DNA of 64,000 bases from an uncultured Pseudomonadales bacterium (GCA_964635905.1 CAZWPK010000002.1:77621-141620), one strand, 5' to 3'. Counted from the first letter of the stretch, positions 52,661 to 62,864 are shown. The notes: generated from the letters alone by a model not told the origin. Program-made: numbers and translations.

Positions 52661-52661
52661 G

Positions 52662-53408
52662 TTAGTTGTATTGACCTTGTAGATCCGCTATTCGAATTCG
52701 AAGGATATCGATAAACATCCTAACGGAATCTTTGATTGGATCAACTCTATCCGTTTTTGCATAGTTCCAAACGATGGGTACTTCCGCAATCGAAAACTTT
52801 TCTTTATTTGCAATGTAGAGTAGTTCCACATCAAATGCTCCAGTGAAAGCACCGCGCATCTTCCCTTTTGAAGAATACACAACTACTTTTGGAGCAAGTT
52901 TCTCTACAGCCTGAGCTGAAAAAAGCTTGAACCCGCATTGAGTGTCATGGATTCCCGGTATAGCGATGAGCTGGACACAGAGGTTGAACACTTTTCCCAT
53001 CCAGTGACGATGAAACGGTTCTTTTTTTCGTTGCGCCCCAGCAATTTCACGTGATCCAATCACAATTGCATTCCCCTTTTTAGTTTCCGGAAGCAGTTTT
53101 TCAATCTCAGAGATAGGAGTTGCTTGATCAAAATCGGTGAAGAGACGCCAATCCCCGGTCGCTTGTAGCAGGGCGTCGATGACTGTGGGTCCTTTACCAC
53201 GATGTGGAAGTGCAAATACACGCACTTCTTTTTTTGTTTTCGCAAAGTCTTTGAGTGATTGCAGGGTACCATCACTCGATCCGTCATCAGCCAAAATGAT
53301 TTCCCAAGAATAGTTTTTTGCTTTCAAGAAACGATACACTTGGTCAAGTACACCTTTTGAAATGTTGGAGTCCTCATTATAGGAAGGAATAACTACCGAG
53401 AGAAACAT
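52662..53408 (-). CDS. Polyprenol-phosphate glucosyltransferase (Alg5/DPG-synthase-like GT2)
   Basis: DDGSSD, HRGKG, LFTDFDQATP, IGSR, DTQCGFKLF, FDVELL. Confidence 0.87.
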   Translation of the reverse strand: MFLSVVIPSYNEDSNISKGVLDQVYRFLKAKNYSWEIILADDGSSDGTLQSLKDFAKTKKEVRVFALPHRGKGPTVIDALLQATGDWRLFTDFDQATPISEIEKLLPETKKGNAIVIGSREIAGAQRKKEPFHRHWMGKVFNLCVQLIAIPGIHDTQCGFKLFSAQAVEKLAPKVVVYSSKGKMRGAFTGAFDVELLYIANKEKFSIAEVPIVWNYAKTDRVDPIKDSVRMFIDILRIRIADLQGQYN

Positions 53409-53455
53409 ATTGTCCTATTGTACACAAAAGATTCTATTTATGGCTCTACAAACCG

Positions 53456-54991
53456 TTACTGCGTGGTAATGAAGGTATTCTCCATCATATAAACAGTGAT
53501 CGCTCCGAATTTCTTGGTCTCGAGTAGGTTCCCAAATGTTTGATTAGTCGCCAGCCACTCTTCACGACGTTTTGCGTGACCTGGATCATCCTCGACCACC
53601 ATAAAGATGAGTGGTTCCTGCTCGACATGCGGTCCTGGCATACTCTTGGTTTGCTTACCAATCCAATAAAACACGTACCGATGCGCCTGATCTTGTGCAT
53701 CCGGAGTATAGACCCAAGTTCCATAGCGAGTGGTTCCTGCTTTTGACGCAATCCATCGAGTGGCTTCTACCTGCATCTGGAGTGAAAATCGATCGGCATA
53801 GGGGGTCAAAAACCCCTTCCACCGTTCATAATTTAAGATGGCACTACTGAGTAGTAAGACAACCGTTATCCCCGTTAGAAGAGGTTTGGCGCGTGAATAG
53901 ACACTCATTGCCAACCCAATCAAAGCGCCAATCAAAATGTAGAGTGGGACATGTTGAGCCACGGCGTAGTAATCCCAAAAGTTTCCATAGTTACCGGTGT
54001 AGATTGCATGGAAGAATAGCGGAACCAGGAACCAGAGCAGAATAATTCGAAGGCCTCGATTCTGTTGGAAATGTCGACGTAAGACAATCAGGAGCACGAC
54101 CAGAAGTACTGCAATTGGTAATCCCAGGACCACGCGATCTCCTATCATTCCTCGGCTATAGAGTTCAAAGAGTAATCGCAGTCTAGTTGGCAGAGATTCT
54201 GCCAAGGTAATGCTATGCGTCGTTGAAAATGCAGTGATCAGATTCTTGCTGATCAAAAAATTCCACTTTAATTCAAACAACAGCTGCGGAATGAGGGTCA
54301 GACAAAATCCGATTGCCGTAAATACTCCCCATTGGAGGAGGGTAAGAACTTTTTCTTTGAAGGTACCCAATTTCTTTTCCACAAACACTACTTCATACGC
54401 ATACACAAGAATCACCGTGGGAATATACCAAACAGCATTTGCGGCTTCTAACTGCATACATAATCCAAACAACAAACCAGCCACTACAAAATAGCACATC
54501 TTTTTAGATGCGATGGCTTTCCAGAGCGTTATAAACGAAAGCAAAGATAAAAATGGTAATGGGGATGGATTTGATAACCACCGAGAAAACATGATGTTGG
54601 AAAAAGAAATCGTAAAGAGCACCGAAGAAATCACCCCTGCCTTCCACGACGAAATGCGTTTTGCGACGGAATAGATGATTGCGACACATAAGGTGTGTAA
54701 ACCAATCATGCCTACAGCGGGAACGACTGGGTTTCCTTTTCCTATCCAGTACAGAGGAAGAAGTACGAAATACCAAAAAGGACCTAAAAACACACCAGTC
54801 AGCCCCGTTACTGGACCAATCAAGGTTAGATCTCCTTGCATCAGCTTGACAATTTCCCATGCATCGCGCCCCTGATCAAAAGCAAAAAAAAGATCTCTGT
54901 ACAATGCATAGGAACGCAGATAAAAAGCACTAGCGCACAACCCAACAAGAAATACAATTTCAAAGAAGTGTCGCTGCAAGATTGCTTTCAT
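53456..54991 (-). CDS. GT-C glycosyltransferase (PMT_2/ArnT-like)
   Basis: FDQGRDA, LIGPVTG...FLGPFWY, SRWLSNP. Confidence 0.8.
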   Translation of the reverse strand: MKAILQRHFFEIVFLVGLCASAFYLRSYALYRDLFFAFDQGRDAWEIVKLMQGDLTLIGPVTGLTGVFLGPFWYFVLLPLYWIGKGNPVVPAVGMIGLHTLCVAIIYSVAKRISSWKAGVISSVLFTISFSNIMFSRWLSNPSPLPFLSLLSFITLWKAIASKKMCYFVVAGLLFGLCMQLEAANAVWYIPTVILVYAYEVVFVEKKLGTFKEKVLTLLQWGVFTAIGFCLTLIPQLLFELKWNFLISKNLITAFSTTHSITLAESLPTRLRLLFELYSRGMIGDRVVLGLPIAVLLVVLLIVLRRHFQQNRGLRIILLWFLVPLFFHAIYTGNYGNFWDYYAVAQHVPLYILIGALIGLAMSVYSRAKPLLTGITVVLLLSSAILNYERWKGFLTPYADRFSLQMQVEATRWIASKAGTTRYGTWVYTPDAQDQAHRYVFYWIGKQTKSMPGPHVEQEPLIFMVVEDDPGHAKRREEWLATNQTFGNLLETKKFGAITVYMMENTFITTQ

Positions 54992-55015
54992 AGACCTTCA
55001 CAGTTTAGTTGTCCT

Positions 55016-56542
55016 TTATCGTACCAATACCACCACGTTCGGTCCATTTGGGATGCTGAATGCATCAATAATGTCTCTATTCGGCCAAATAGCCACTTTA
55101 TACTGCGGCGTGTCTAATGGATTTTGTTTGTGTGCCTCATCGATCACAAACAAACGTTTAAATGAGTGGACCTCCTCTTCACTTGCTGGACGTCCGTGGT
55201 TCGTCGTCAAAAAGTAGCGATAATTCATCCCTAAAAAGTCATTATTCTCTGATAGAAGCAAAATATCATACTTCTCTTTGGCGACTGTGCGTTGTTGAAT
55301 CTCTTCTGCTGTCTGTTTGAATACATCAACATTCATTCCCAATACATGCTTTCCCGGGTAGTTATTCAAACTACAAACTAGAATTGCTCCTAGAGCTACG
55401 ATGACTAATGGACGAAGCAGGATAGATTTCCACAGTGCGCTGATGAAGACAGCGAGCAGAAGGATGGAAATTGGGAATAGGAAACCTAAGTAGTGATTAA
55501 AAATTGATTCCTTATACAGTGACAAGACTCCAATTCCGATCACAAAAAAAGCGAACACAACTTTAACTCCACGTCGAATGTCTGGAGACAGGCTTTTTAA
55601 ACTAAACCAAGTCTTTATCAGTAAATACATCCCTACCAAAAGTGAGACAAGTGCAGCAGAAGTGGGAATTTTAATCCCAAAGATTTCACTTAGGTTTCGA
55701 ACTGCCAACGCAATCCAGGAGTAAAAGATGGCTGAGAGTTCACTTAAACCTCTAAAGTGACTTGCATCCTCGCTACTTGATCCACCAACAAAAAAAGAAA
55801 GGAATGCGCGAACGTTGAGAAAATCATGTTTAATGTCGTAAATCAAAATCGGGATCACCGAGAACATGACAATAAGGATTGCCAGTCCCGTTGAGCGAAT
55901 AAAAATGGGACTAACTTCTTTATCTTTAATTTGACGATACAGTTCTACCAACCAAAAAATCCCCGCGATTCCAATGACGATCAATGTCAGATAGTGTAAC
56001 TGCGATAAGATTGCGGCACATAATCCAATCAATACCCAATATTGATATTTACCTTGTAACGTTTTATTTACTGCCCATACAACGAGTAATGAAAACAACG
56101 GAACAATATTTGGATTCCAAGAGAACCTGACGTTCTCAATCACGATGGGAGCAATTGCATACAATCCCATTGCCACCATCGCCGTTCGCTTCCCAACTAA
56201 TTCTTTGCCTAGAAGATAAATGAGTGCCAGCGTCAGGACACCAACAAATGCCACTGCATAGGCCGGACCCGACGGATCCGGATAACTAAACATTAAGGGC
56301 AAAACCATGAAGTAATAATAAAATGGACCTAGATACATGTTGCCGACACTGGTAACAGGTCCAATAAAAGCTGGATCTTTATCCATCAGGATTCCACGCG
56401 CAATGAGAGCGTCTCTTCCTTGATCTCCTAAAAACTGCATTGTGGCTCGAAGTCGGTAAAATCGCAAAAAAGTCCCGATCGCCAAGATGACTAAAAAAAG
56501 AATGAATGCTCTTTTTTTCTTATCAAAAAACCTAGTGACCAT
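55016..56542 (-). CDS. GT-C glycosyltransferase (PMT_2/ArnT-like)
   Basis: FLGDQGRDA, FIGPVTSVGNMYLGPFYYY, FSWNPN, QLHY. Start moved to 56542. Confidence 0.82.
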   Translation of the reverse strand: MVTRFFDKKKRAFILFLVILAIGTFLRFYRLRATMQFLGDQGRDALIARGILMDKDPAFIGPVTSVGNMYLGPFYYYFMVLPLMFSYPDPSGPAYAVAFVGVLTLALIYLLGKELVGKRTAMVAMGLYAIAPIVIENVRFSWNPNIVPLFSLLVVWAVNKTLQGKYQYWVLIGLCAAILSQLHYLTLIVIGIAGIFWLVELYRQIKDKEVSPIFIRSTGLAILIVMFSVIPILIYDIKHDFLNVRAFLSFFVGGSSSEDASHFRGLSELSAIFYSWIALAVRNLSEIFGIKIPTSAALVSLLVGMYLLIKTWFSLKSLSPDIRRGVKVVFAFFVIGIGVLSLYKESIFNHYLGFLFPISILLLAVFISALWKSILLRPLVIVALGAILVCSLNNYPGKHVLGMNVDVFKQTAEEIQQRTVAKEKYDILLLSENNDFLGMNYRYFLTTNHGRPASEEEVHSFKRLFVIDEAHKQNPLDTPQYKVAIWPNRDIIDAFSIPNGPNVVVLVR

Positions 56543-56565
56543 AGGAATACAGAAAATAACTTTTC

Positions 56566-57762
56566 CTAACTTTTTGCGGAACGCCAAATCACTTTGGAAT
56601 AGATCGTGTAATTTACGACCATCCCAATTGCTGTTGCACAGACCAACCACGCAGTTTTTGAGAGTGATGTCTGTCCGGTAAGTCCTGTACCAGCACTCAC
56701 AACGGTTAACTGAATTGCCACCGCGGCAAACGAGCTGACATTAAATTGAAGAAATTTGAGAAGCGTTGAAACTGCGTCCGTACTCTGTCGATCCTGAAAT
56801 GTCCAAGAGTTATTCAAAATAAAGTTTGAGATAATTGCAAATTCCGCTCCGATAGCTGAAGCCAATCCAGAAGCATTCACAAACCCTAAGAACGGAAGAG
56901 TGGAAATCGATTCTGCCAAGGTCGAGATGGCACTGATTCTGGAAAGGATGAAGAGCAAACTAAAGTTAATGAGAAAGCCCGTTCCACCAACTACCCCAAA
57001 TTTAAATAAACGGGAGACGACAATTTCCTTATACCGTGCCGTTAAAATATATAGCAGCGCATGTTTTATATAATCCGGACCAAGTTTAGACTTTCCCACT
57101 TTTCGATCCACAAACTGAATTGGGACTTCAACGATTTTAAAACCTCGCCGAACGGCTTTATGCAAAAACCCAATTTGGAACGTGTAACCGGTAAACTGTT
57201 GATCTTCCATCTCCGCTTCAATTGCGCTGAATACGGATTTGCGAATTGCTCTAAAGCCAGTAGTCCAGTCACGAATGGCAAAATGCGTAAGCACAATCGT
57301 GTTTACTAAGTTCCCAACAACGCTTAAAAACTTTCGATCGAATCCCCAATCATCCGGAATAGAACCGCCTTTGATATACCGAGATCCTAGAACTAAATCT
57401 GCACCTTGATCGATAGCAGCAATGAATTCAGGAATTTTCTTTGGATCGTGTGAAAAATCAGCGTCAAACTCGAATATGATGTCTGCTGCAAGTGCGTTGA
57501 AAGCATGTCGCATTCCAAGCAGGTAGGCTACTCCTAGACCTTGTTTCTTCTTATTTGAAAGGAGGTGAACGTTTTTATAGGTATGCTCAAAGTCTTTTAC
57601 TGTTTTTCCCGTTTCATCAGGACTGCTATCGTCTACCACCAAAATATGCATGTCCCAGTGCGGTACTACTTTAAAGATCTCCTGCAAGGCGGGAATCATT
57701 TTCGAAATGTTCTCTCGTTCGTTGTATGTTGGAATGATGATGATGGCTCGTTGTTGTGCCAT
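56566..57762 (-). CDS. Polyprenol-phosphate mannose synthase-like GT2 fused to a C-terminal GtrA-like domain
   Basis: IPTYNERENI, VDDSSPDET, GLGVAY, DADFSHDP, GSRYIKGG, DWTTGFR; then KFGVVGG...SNFILNNSWTF...NYTIYSKVIW. Confidence 0.88.
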   Translation of the reverse strand: MAQQRAIIIIPTYNERENISKMIPALQEIFKVVPHWDMHILVVDDSSPDETGKTVKDFEHTYKNVHLLSNKKKQGLGVAYLLGMRHAFNALAADIIFEFDADFSHDPKKIPEFIAAIDQGADLVLGSRYIKGGSIPDDWGFDRKFLSVVGNLVNTIVLTHFAIRDWTTGFRAIRKSVFSAIEAEMEDQQFTGYTFQIGFLHKAVRRGFKIVEVPIQFVDRKVGKSKLGPDYIKHALLYILTARYKEIVVSRLFKFGVVGGTGFLINFSLLFILSRISAISTLAESISTLPFLGFVNASGLASAIGAEFAIISNFILNNSWTFQDRQSTDAVSTLLKFLQFNVSSFAAVAIQLTVVSAGTGLTGQTSLSKTAWLVCATAIGMVVNYTIYSKVIWRSAKS

Positions 57763-57841
57763 AAATTGAACCGACCCTATCAATACGGTTCACAAAAACA
57801 TTTTTTTGGGAAGTATTGACGACCAAAAACGCCTAAATTCA

Positions 57842-58810
57842 TTATAGCATTTCTGCTTGTAATTCTGCCTCCACCATAATCTTCACGAGTTCCTTAAAGG
57901 AAGTTTTTGGAACCCATCCGAGCTTTTCTTTAGCTTTCGTACTGTCCCCAATAAGTAGTTCCACTTCGGCTGGACGATCATAACGACCATCGTGTTCAAT
58001 GACGGCTTCCCAATTATCAACACCAGCGACGGCACAAGCTTCCTGCACAAATTCTCGTACAGAATGCGTTTCACCCGTTGAAATGACGTAGTCATCTGGT
58101 TGATCTTGTTGCAGCATCAGCCACATTGCTTCTACGTAGTCTTTGGCATATCCCCAGTCACGCTTAGCGTCCAGATTGCCCAGTTTCACTGTTTTCTGTT
58201 TTCCATATTTCACTCTGGCAACTCCATTTGCAATTTTTCGGGTGACAAATTCTAATCCTCTTCGGGGTGATTCGTGATTAAACAAAATTCCAGAGACAGC
58301 ATACAGATTGTAGGATTCGCGATAATTGACCGTGATCCAGTGACCATAGACCTTTGCCACACCATAGGGAGAACGTGGATAGAATGGAGTACTTTCCTTT
58401 TGTGGAACAGCTTGCACTTTACCAAACATTTCCGACGATGATGCTTGATAGAATCGAGCTTGTGGACACGACACATGCAAAGCTTCCAACATCCGTGTCA
58501 CGCCAATTCCAGTAAATTCGCCTGTTAGGACTGGCTGCTCCCAAGATGCATGCACAAAGGATTGGGCGGCAAGGTTGTAAACTTCATCCGGCTGAATTCG
58601 ATCGAGGGCACGAGTCATGGAATGCTGATCCAATAAGTCTCCAGAAATGAGTTCAAAGTTTTCGTTATGGATTGTTTCACCCAATCGAGAGTAATTGAGC
58701 GTACTCGTCCGACGCGTCATTCCATACACTTTATATCCCTTTTCCAATAACAGCTCTGCCAAGTAGGACCCGTCCTGTCCGGTTACCCCGGTAATAAATG
58801 CTTTTTTCAT
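57842..58810 (-). CDS. gmd: GDP-mannose 4,6-dehydratase
   Basis: ITGVTGQDGSYLAE, YNLAAQSFV, QASSSEMFG, PRSPYGVAK, NHESPRRG.EFVTRKI, RDWGYA. Confidence 0.96.
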   Translation of the reverse strand: MKKAFITGVTGQDGSYLAELLLEKGYKVYGMTRRTSTLNYSRLGETIHNENFELISGDLLDQHSMTRALDRIQPDEVYNLAAQSFVHASWEQPVLTGEFTGIGVTRMLEALHVSCPQARFYQASSSEMFGKVQAVPQKESTPFYPRSPYGVAKVYGHWITVNYRESYNLYAVSGILFNHESPRRGLEFVTRKIANGVARVKYGKQKTVKLGNLDAKRDWGYAKDYVEAMWLMLQQDQPDDYVISTGETHSVREFVQEACAVAGVDNWEAVIEHDGRYDRPAEVELLIGDSTKAKEKLGWVPKTSFKELVKIMVEAELQAEML

Positions 58811-58826
58811 AACAAAGAAATCCTTT

Positions 58827-59783
58827 CTACGTACGCGCTCTCCACTCCTCAATGATTTTTTCTAGTTCCTCATTGATGGAAATCTGTAGCTCCCAACCTA
58901 ATGATTGTATCTTTCTATTGTCGGCAATGAGTTTAGGCACGTCAAGGGGACGTAAGCGAGCTTCATCTTGTTCAACAGTAATAGGTACAGTGGACAATCC
59001 GACAAGTTGGTTCACAATCTCCTGCATTTGGATGCCAGTTCCAGACCCGATGTTGTAGACGTCACCCACTGCTCCCTTCTCAAGAAGTACGATATACGCT
59101 CGGACCATATCTTTAACACTCGTAAAATCTCGAATTCCTTGTAGGTTCCCTACTTCCAATGTTTGCTTTTTTCCCTGTTCAATTTCTACAATTTGCTTGA
59201 CAAATGATGGCACTGCAAAATCACCGGTCTGCCGAGTACCGATATGATTGAATGGTCGCGCTCGTACAATATTTAGCTTGTAACTTAAGTAATAGCTATT
59301 GGAGAGTAAGTCTTGGGTCGTCTTGGAAACGGCATAGGGGTTAACCGGATTGAGACTGACGTGTTCGTCAATATAATCCAAATCCAAGTCAACAACACCA
59401 TACTCTTCGGCGGATCCGATGCTTAAAACTCGCGCTTGCGGACAAATTGCCTTCACTCCATCCAAAAGATTTAGTTGTAAGTTAATGTTATTGGTAAATA
59501 ACTCTCGAGCTTTTTCAAAGCTTTTGCCGACATACGCAAACGAGGCTAAATGGAAGATCCAGTCAGGTTTAACGGTCTTAAGCAAAGCTTGCGTTGCTTC
59601 GCCATTGGAAAGATCAACTTGAATATAGTGATCGTCGGCAAGAAATTTGACGTTCTCCGGAGGGGGAGAAAAGGTTGTAGAGTAAATGTTGGTATATCCC
59701 GAAGCAAGTAGTTCTTCAATTAAATGAGATCCAGCAAAGCCAGTTCCCCCGGTAACTAAAATGCGTGGTTGATCACTTGGCAT
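58827..59783 (-). CDS. rmd: GDP-4-dehydro-6-deoxy-D-mannose reductase (Rmd-like SDR)
   Basis: GGTGFAGSHL, GSAEEYG, PVNPYAVSK, RPFNHIG..Q, VGNL...RDF, RLRPLD; directly upstream of gmd. Confidence 0.72.
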   Translation of the reverse strand: MPSDQPRILVTGGTGFAGSHLIEELLASGYTNIYSTTFSPPPENVKFLADDHYIQVDLSNGEATQALLKTVKPDWIFHLASFAYVGKSFEKARELFTNNINLQLNLLDGVKAICPQARVLSIGSAEEYGVVDLDLDYIDEHVSLNPVNPYAVSKTTQDLLSNSYYLSYKLNIVRARPFNHIGTRQTGDFAVPSFVKQIVEIEQGKKQTLEVGNLQGIRDFTSVKDMVRAYIVLLEKGAVGDVYNIGSGTGIQMQEIVNQLVGLSTVPITVEQDEARLRPLDVPKLIADNRKIQSLGWELQISINEELEKIIEEWRART

Positions 59784-59789
59784 AGAGCT

Positions 59790-61109
59790 TTACAATCCAA
59801 TCCCAATATATTGTAACCCAGTCTTCTCAATTGTACTCCGCCCATATTGATTTCGCGTATCAATTACTGTTGCAGCGGATGAAACGAGTCCTGCAAGTGT
59901 AGCGGCAGTCAGTGCACTGTACTCTTTCCACTCGGTTAATAACAAGACGACATCCGCACCCTTGAGTGTTTCCATCATGTCACTGTTTAAGGAAAAGTGT
60001 GCAGACTCTTCAATCCCTACTTTAGAAAACCACGCTTTCGCAGCCAAGAGAGCCATCGGATCGGTGGCTACGACAAAAGCTCCCGCGTGCAAGAGTAAGG
60101 GGATCACCTTGGTACTGGGTGCTTCCCGCATATCATCGGTGTTGGGTTTAAATGAGAGACCTAAGACGGCGACCTTCTTTCCCGAAAATCCCCCCACTGA
60201 TTCTTCAAACTGTCGCAGTAGTTTTACAATGCGTTCTTCATTGAGCTGATTGATGGTCACCATTAAGTTGTCTTCTTGACCAACTGCGCGTGCATAGGCT
60301 GCGAGTTCTTTGACATCTTTTGGAAAACAACTTCCACCATAACCCAGTCCTGGATACCAATAATGACTTCCAATTCGTTTATCCAGTCCAATTCCTTTGA
60401 TCACCTCTTCAATGTTGGCACCATTCGCTTCACACAAGTTTGCAATCTGATTGATAAAGGTGATCCGTGTGGCTAAATAGGCATTGGCTGCGTACTTACA
60501 CATTTGGGCGCTATCCGGATGCATAACTAAGATTTTGCTCGTTAAGGGCTCATGGAGTTCTTTGAGAATCTTTACCACTCCTGGAACTGTAGCCCCAATA
60601 ATCACGCGATCAGGATGCAAGGTATCGGCAACAGCAGATCCTTCTTTGAGAAATTCAGGTAAGGAGACCACATGAAAGACTGTTGTCTTCCCTGCTAAAG
60701 CCTCTTTCATTTTCTGTTCTACTTTGCCACAGGTACCCGGTGGAACAGTGCTTTTGATGGCTACGATTGCGTTATCCTTCAAGTATGGAGCCATACTCTC
60801 GGCTGCAGCAAAGACAAAACGAAGATCTGCCTGACCATCGGGAGCAGAAGGTGTTCCAACGGCAATCATAATCACATCTGCTTTAGAAACCGCGTCGTTA
60901 TAGGAAGTGGTGAACGACAGTTTTTTCTGGCTCATTCCTTTGAGTAGCAACTCTTCCAAATCTGGCTCAAAGAATGGGACCTTTCCGGTTTTTAAACTCT
61001 CAATGCGTTTGGGGTCAATATCTAAACCTATAACCTTGTTTCCTAACTTGGCAAAGACTGCAGCAGAGACGACACCTACAAAGCCCGTACCTATAATGGT
61101 AATATTCAT
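59790..61109 (-). CDS. ugd: UDP-glucose/GDP-mannose 6-dehydrogenase family protein
   Basis: GTGFVG, AVGTPS, KSTVPPGT, PEFLKEG, GYGGSCFPKD, FKPNTDDMRE. Confidence 0.93.
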   Translation of the reverse strand: MNITIIGTGFVGVVSAAVFAKLGNKVIGLDIDPKRIESLKTGKVPFFEPDLEELLLKGMSQKKLSFTTSYNDAVSKADVIMIAVGTPSAPDGQADLRFVFAAAESMAPYLKDNAIVAIKSTVPPGTCGKVEQKMKEALAGKTTVFHVVSLPEFLKEGSAVADTLHPDRVIIGATVPGVVKILKELHEPLTSKILVMHPDSAQMCKYAANAYLATRITFINQIANLCEANGANIEEVIKGIGLDKRIGSHYWYPGLGYGGSCFPKDVKELAAYARAVGQEDNLMVTINQLNEERIVKLLRQFEESVGGFSGKKVAVLGLSFKPNTDDMREAPSTKVIPLLLHAGAFVVATDPMALLAAKAWFSKVGIEESAHFSLNSDMMETLKGADVVLLLTEWKEYSALTAATLAGLVSSAATVIDTRNQYGRSTIEKTGLQYIGIGL

Positions 61110-61147
61110 ATGAAAAGGAATATATCAATAAAAAGAATACTTGTCAT

Positions 61148-61837
61148 ATGCCAGTCCTTAATGGTCTCGAATCTAGCTTCGGTGCGGAAGTAGAAGCAAA
61201 TAATCGAAATGAACGAGCAAAACAGTTGATCACAATTGCTTTGAAAAAACTCAAAGATAGAATTGACGCAAGAATTCCGGATGCCACTCGCCGAGAACTT
61301 GATGATCCTTTGCTTCGACATAATCTATGTCATTTAGTAAATGGTGGATCAGTGATAGAGATGATGAATAATTTCAAAGTCCCAGGTATTGCTTATCGAG
61401 TTGATGTCAATAAAGGAGCTAGTCCATTTCATGAAAAGTCGTGGGCATTTCATGTCGTAGGACTTTTTTGCTTGGACGAGAATGCCGATGATGAGAATGC
61501 CCTCTACGCAGTAATAGATCAATCGACAGTTGATCCAGCTACTGGAGAATATTTCATTGCGACAGGGACACTAGATGAGATTCAAAAAACTACTGAGAAA
61601 ACATTTGGAGGTTTCTGGGAATTTAAGAAACAATTAAAAAACAGCTCAGGAAGAACCTTTAGTGTACAATCAAAAATGAAAGGGTCTGCAGAGTTAATTG
61701 CTCAAGGTAAACCAGTGAATTTTGATGCTGACATGTATACATACCACTATGATACTCAAACGCAAAAACCTCTTGGAATACGTGCAAGTTACATGCTCAA
61801 TACTAAAGTCCCCGTAACCTTTTTTGAAACAATCTAA
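61148..61837 (+). CDS. Hypothetical protein with a possible papain-like Cys-His-Asp triad
   Basis: 229 aa ORF with NLCH (C61), WAFHVV (H102) and VIDQS (D124); TAATG overlap with trmD. Confidence 0.6.
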   Translation: MPVLNGLESSFGAEVEANNRNERAKQLITIALKKLKDRIDARIPDATRRELDDPLLRHNLCHLVNGGSVIEMMNNFKVPGIAYRVDVNKGASPFHEKSWAFHVVGLFCLDENADDENALYAVIDQSTVDPATGEYFIATGTLDEIQKTTEKTFGGFWEFKKQLKNSSGRTFSVQSKMKGSAELIAQGKPVNFDADMYTYHYDTQTQKPLGIRASYMLNTKVPVTFFETI

Positions 61838-62502
61838 TGACAATTCATTTCTTAACTCTCTTTCCATCGATCTATGAAGGTCCCTTATCGGAAAGCATTC
61901 TCAAGCGTGCTGTGCAAAAAGGTATTGTTTCCTTTAACCTGATTAATATTCGTGACTTTTCTACGGACAAACACAAAACGGCTGACAATCCCCCTTACGG
62001 CGGTGGACCAGGAATGGTGATGATGATCGAACCGATCGACAAAGCACTTGCATCAATTGGGGCAAAAAAAGGAACACCAAATCAAAAGATCATTTTATTA
62101 TCTGCCAAGGGCACACCGTACACCCAGCCTGTTGCACGGGAACTTTCTACCATCGATACCTTAATTTTTATCTCCGGCCACTACGAAGGGGTGGACGAAC
62201 GCGTTGCGCTACATCTAATCGATGAGGAAATTCGGATTGGTGACTATGTCCTCACGGGTGGTGAATTAGCGTCCATGGTAATTGCCGACAGTGTCGTGCG
62301 CTTGCTTCCAGGTGCACTCGGAGATGACAAAAGTAGTGTTGAAGAATCGCATTCCAGTGCAGGGTTTATAGAATATCCACATTTCACACGACCAGCTACC
62401 TACAACGGCTGGCAAGTTCCAAGAATACTGCTCAACGGAAATCATGCTGAAATTGCCAAATGGAGAGCGACAGAGGCTGCTAACGCCACGAAAACTTCTT
62501 AA
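61837..62502 (+). CDS. trmD: tRNA (guanine37-N1)-methyltransferase
   Basis: LTLFP, PYGGGPGMVM, GHYEGVDER, IGDYVLTGGE, EYPHFTRP, LLNGNHAEI. Confidence 0.96.
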   Translation: MTIHFLTLFPSIYEGPLSESILKRAVQKGIVSFNLINIRDFSTDKHKTADNPPYGGGPGMVMMIEPIDKALASIGAKKGTPNQKIILLSAKGTPYTQPVARELSTIDTLIFISGHYEGVDERVALHLIDEEIRIGDYVLTGGELASMVIADSVVRLLPGALGDDKSSVEESHSSAGFIEYPHFTRPATYNGWQVPRILLNGNHAEIAKWRATEAANATKTS

Positions 62503-62860
62503 TTGCAGCCCACATTGCCAGCATCCCGACACTATCAAAACCAATATCCATTAGATGGGGTGTCCGACCCGGAACGAAGGATTGGTGAAACTCATCGCTT
62601 ACGGCAAAAAGAATGGTAAAAATGGCAGCTCTAGTAAACTGCTGTCTACTGCCAGTTGAAAAAGCACGCACTGCAAACAGATACAGCAATGCATAGACAG
62701 TCATGTGGGCAGATTTTTTGAACACAAAATCTAATACTCCACTGGGAGCTCCAGGCAAAACTGATTGTGAGGAGAGAAAAAAGATCAGTCCACACCAAAG
62801 GATCAATGTCAGATAACGAATATACTGATGCTCACTAATGTTGTTGAGTGTTTTTCGCAT
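62480..62860 (-). CDS. vanZ: VanZ-like family membrane protein
   Basis: IFFLSSQ, KKSAHMTVY, SDEFHQSFVPGR, DIGFD. Confidence 0.88.
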   Translation of the reverse strand: MRKTLNNISEHQYIRYLTLILWCGLIFFLSSQSVLPGAPSGVLDFVFKKSAHMTVYALLYLFAVRAFSTGSRQQFTRAAIFTILFAVSDEFHQSFVPGRTPHLMDIGFDSVGMLAMWAAIKKFSWR

Positions 62861-62864
62861 AATG

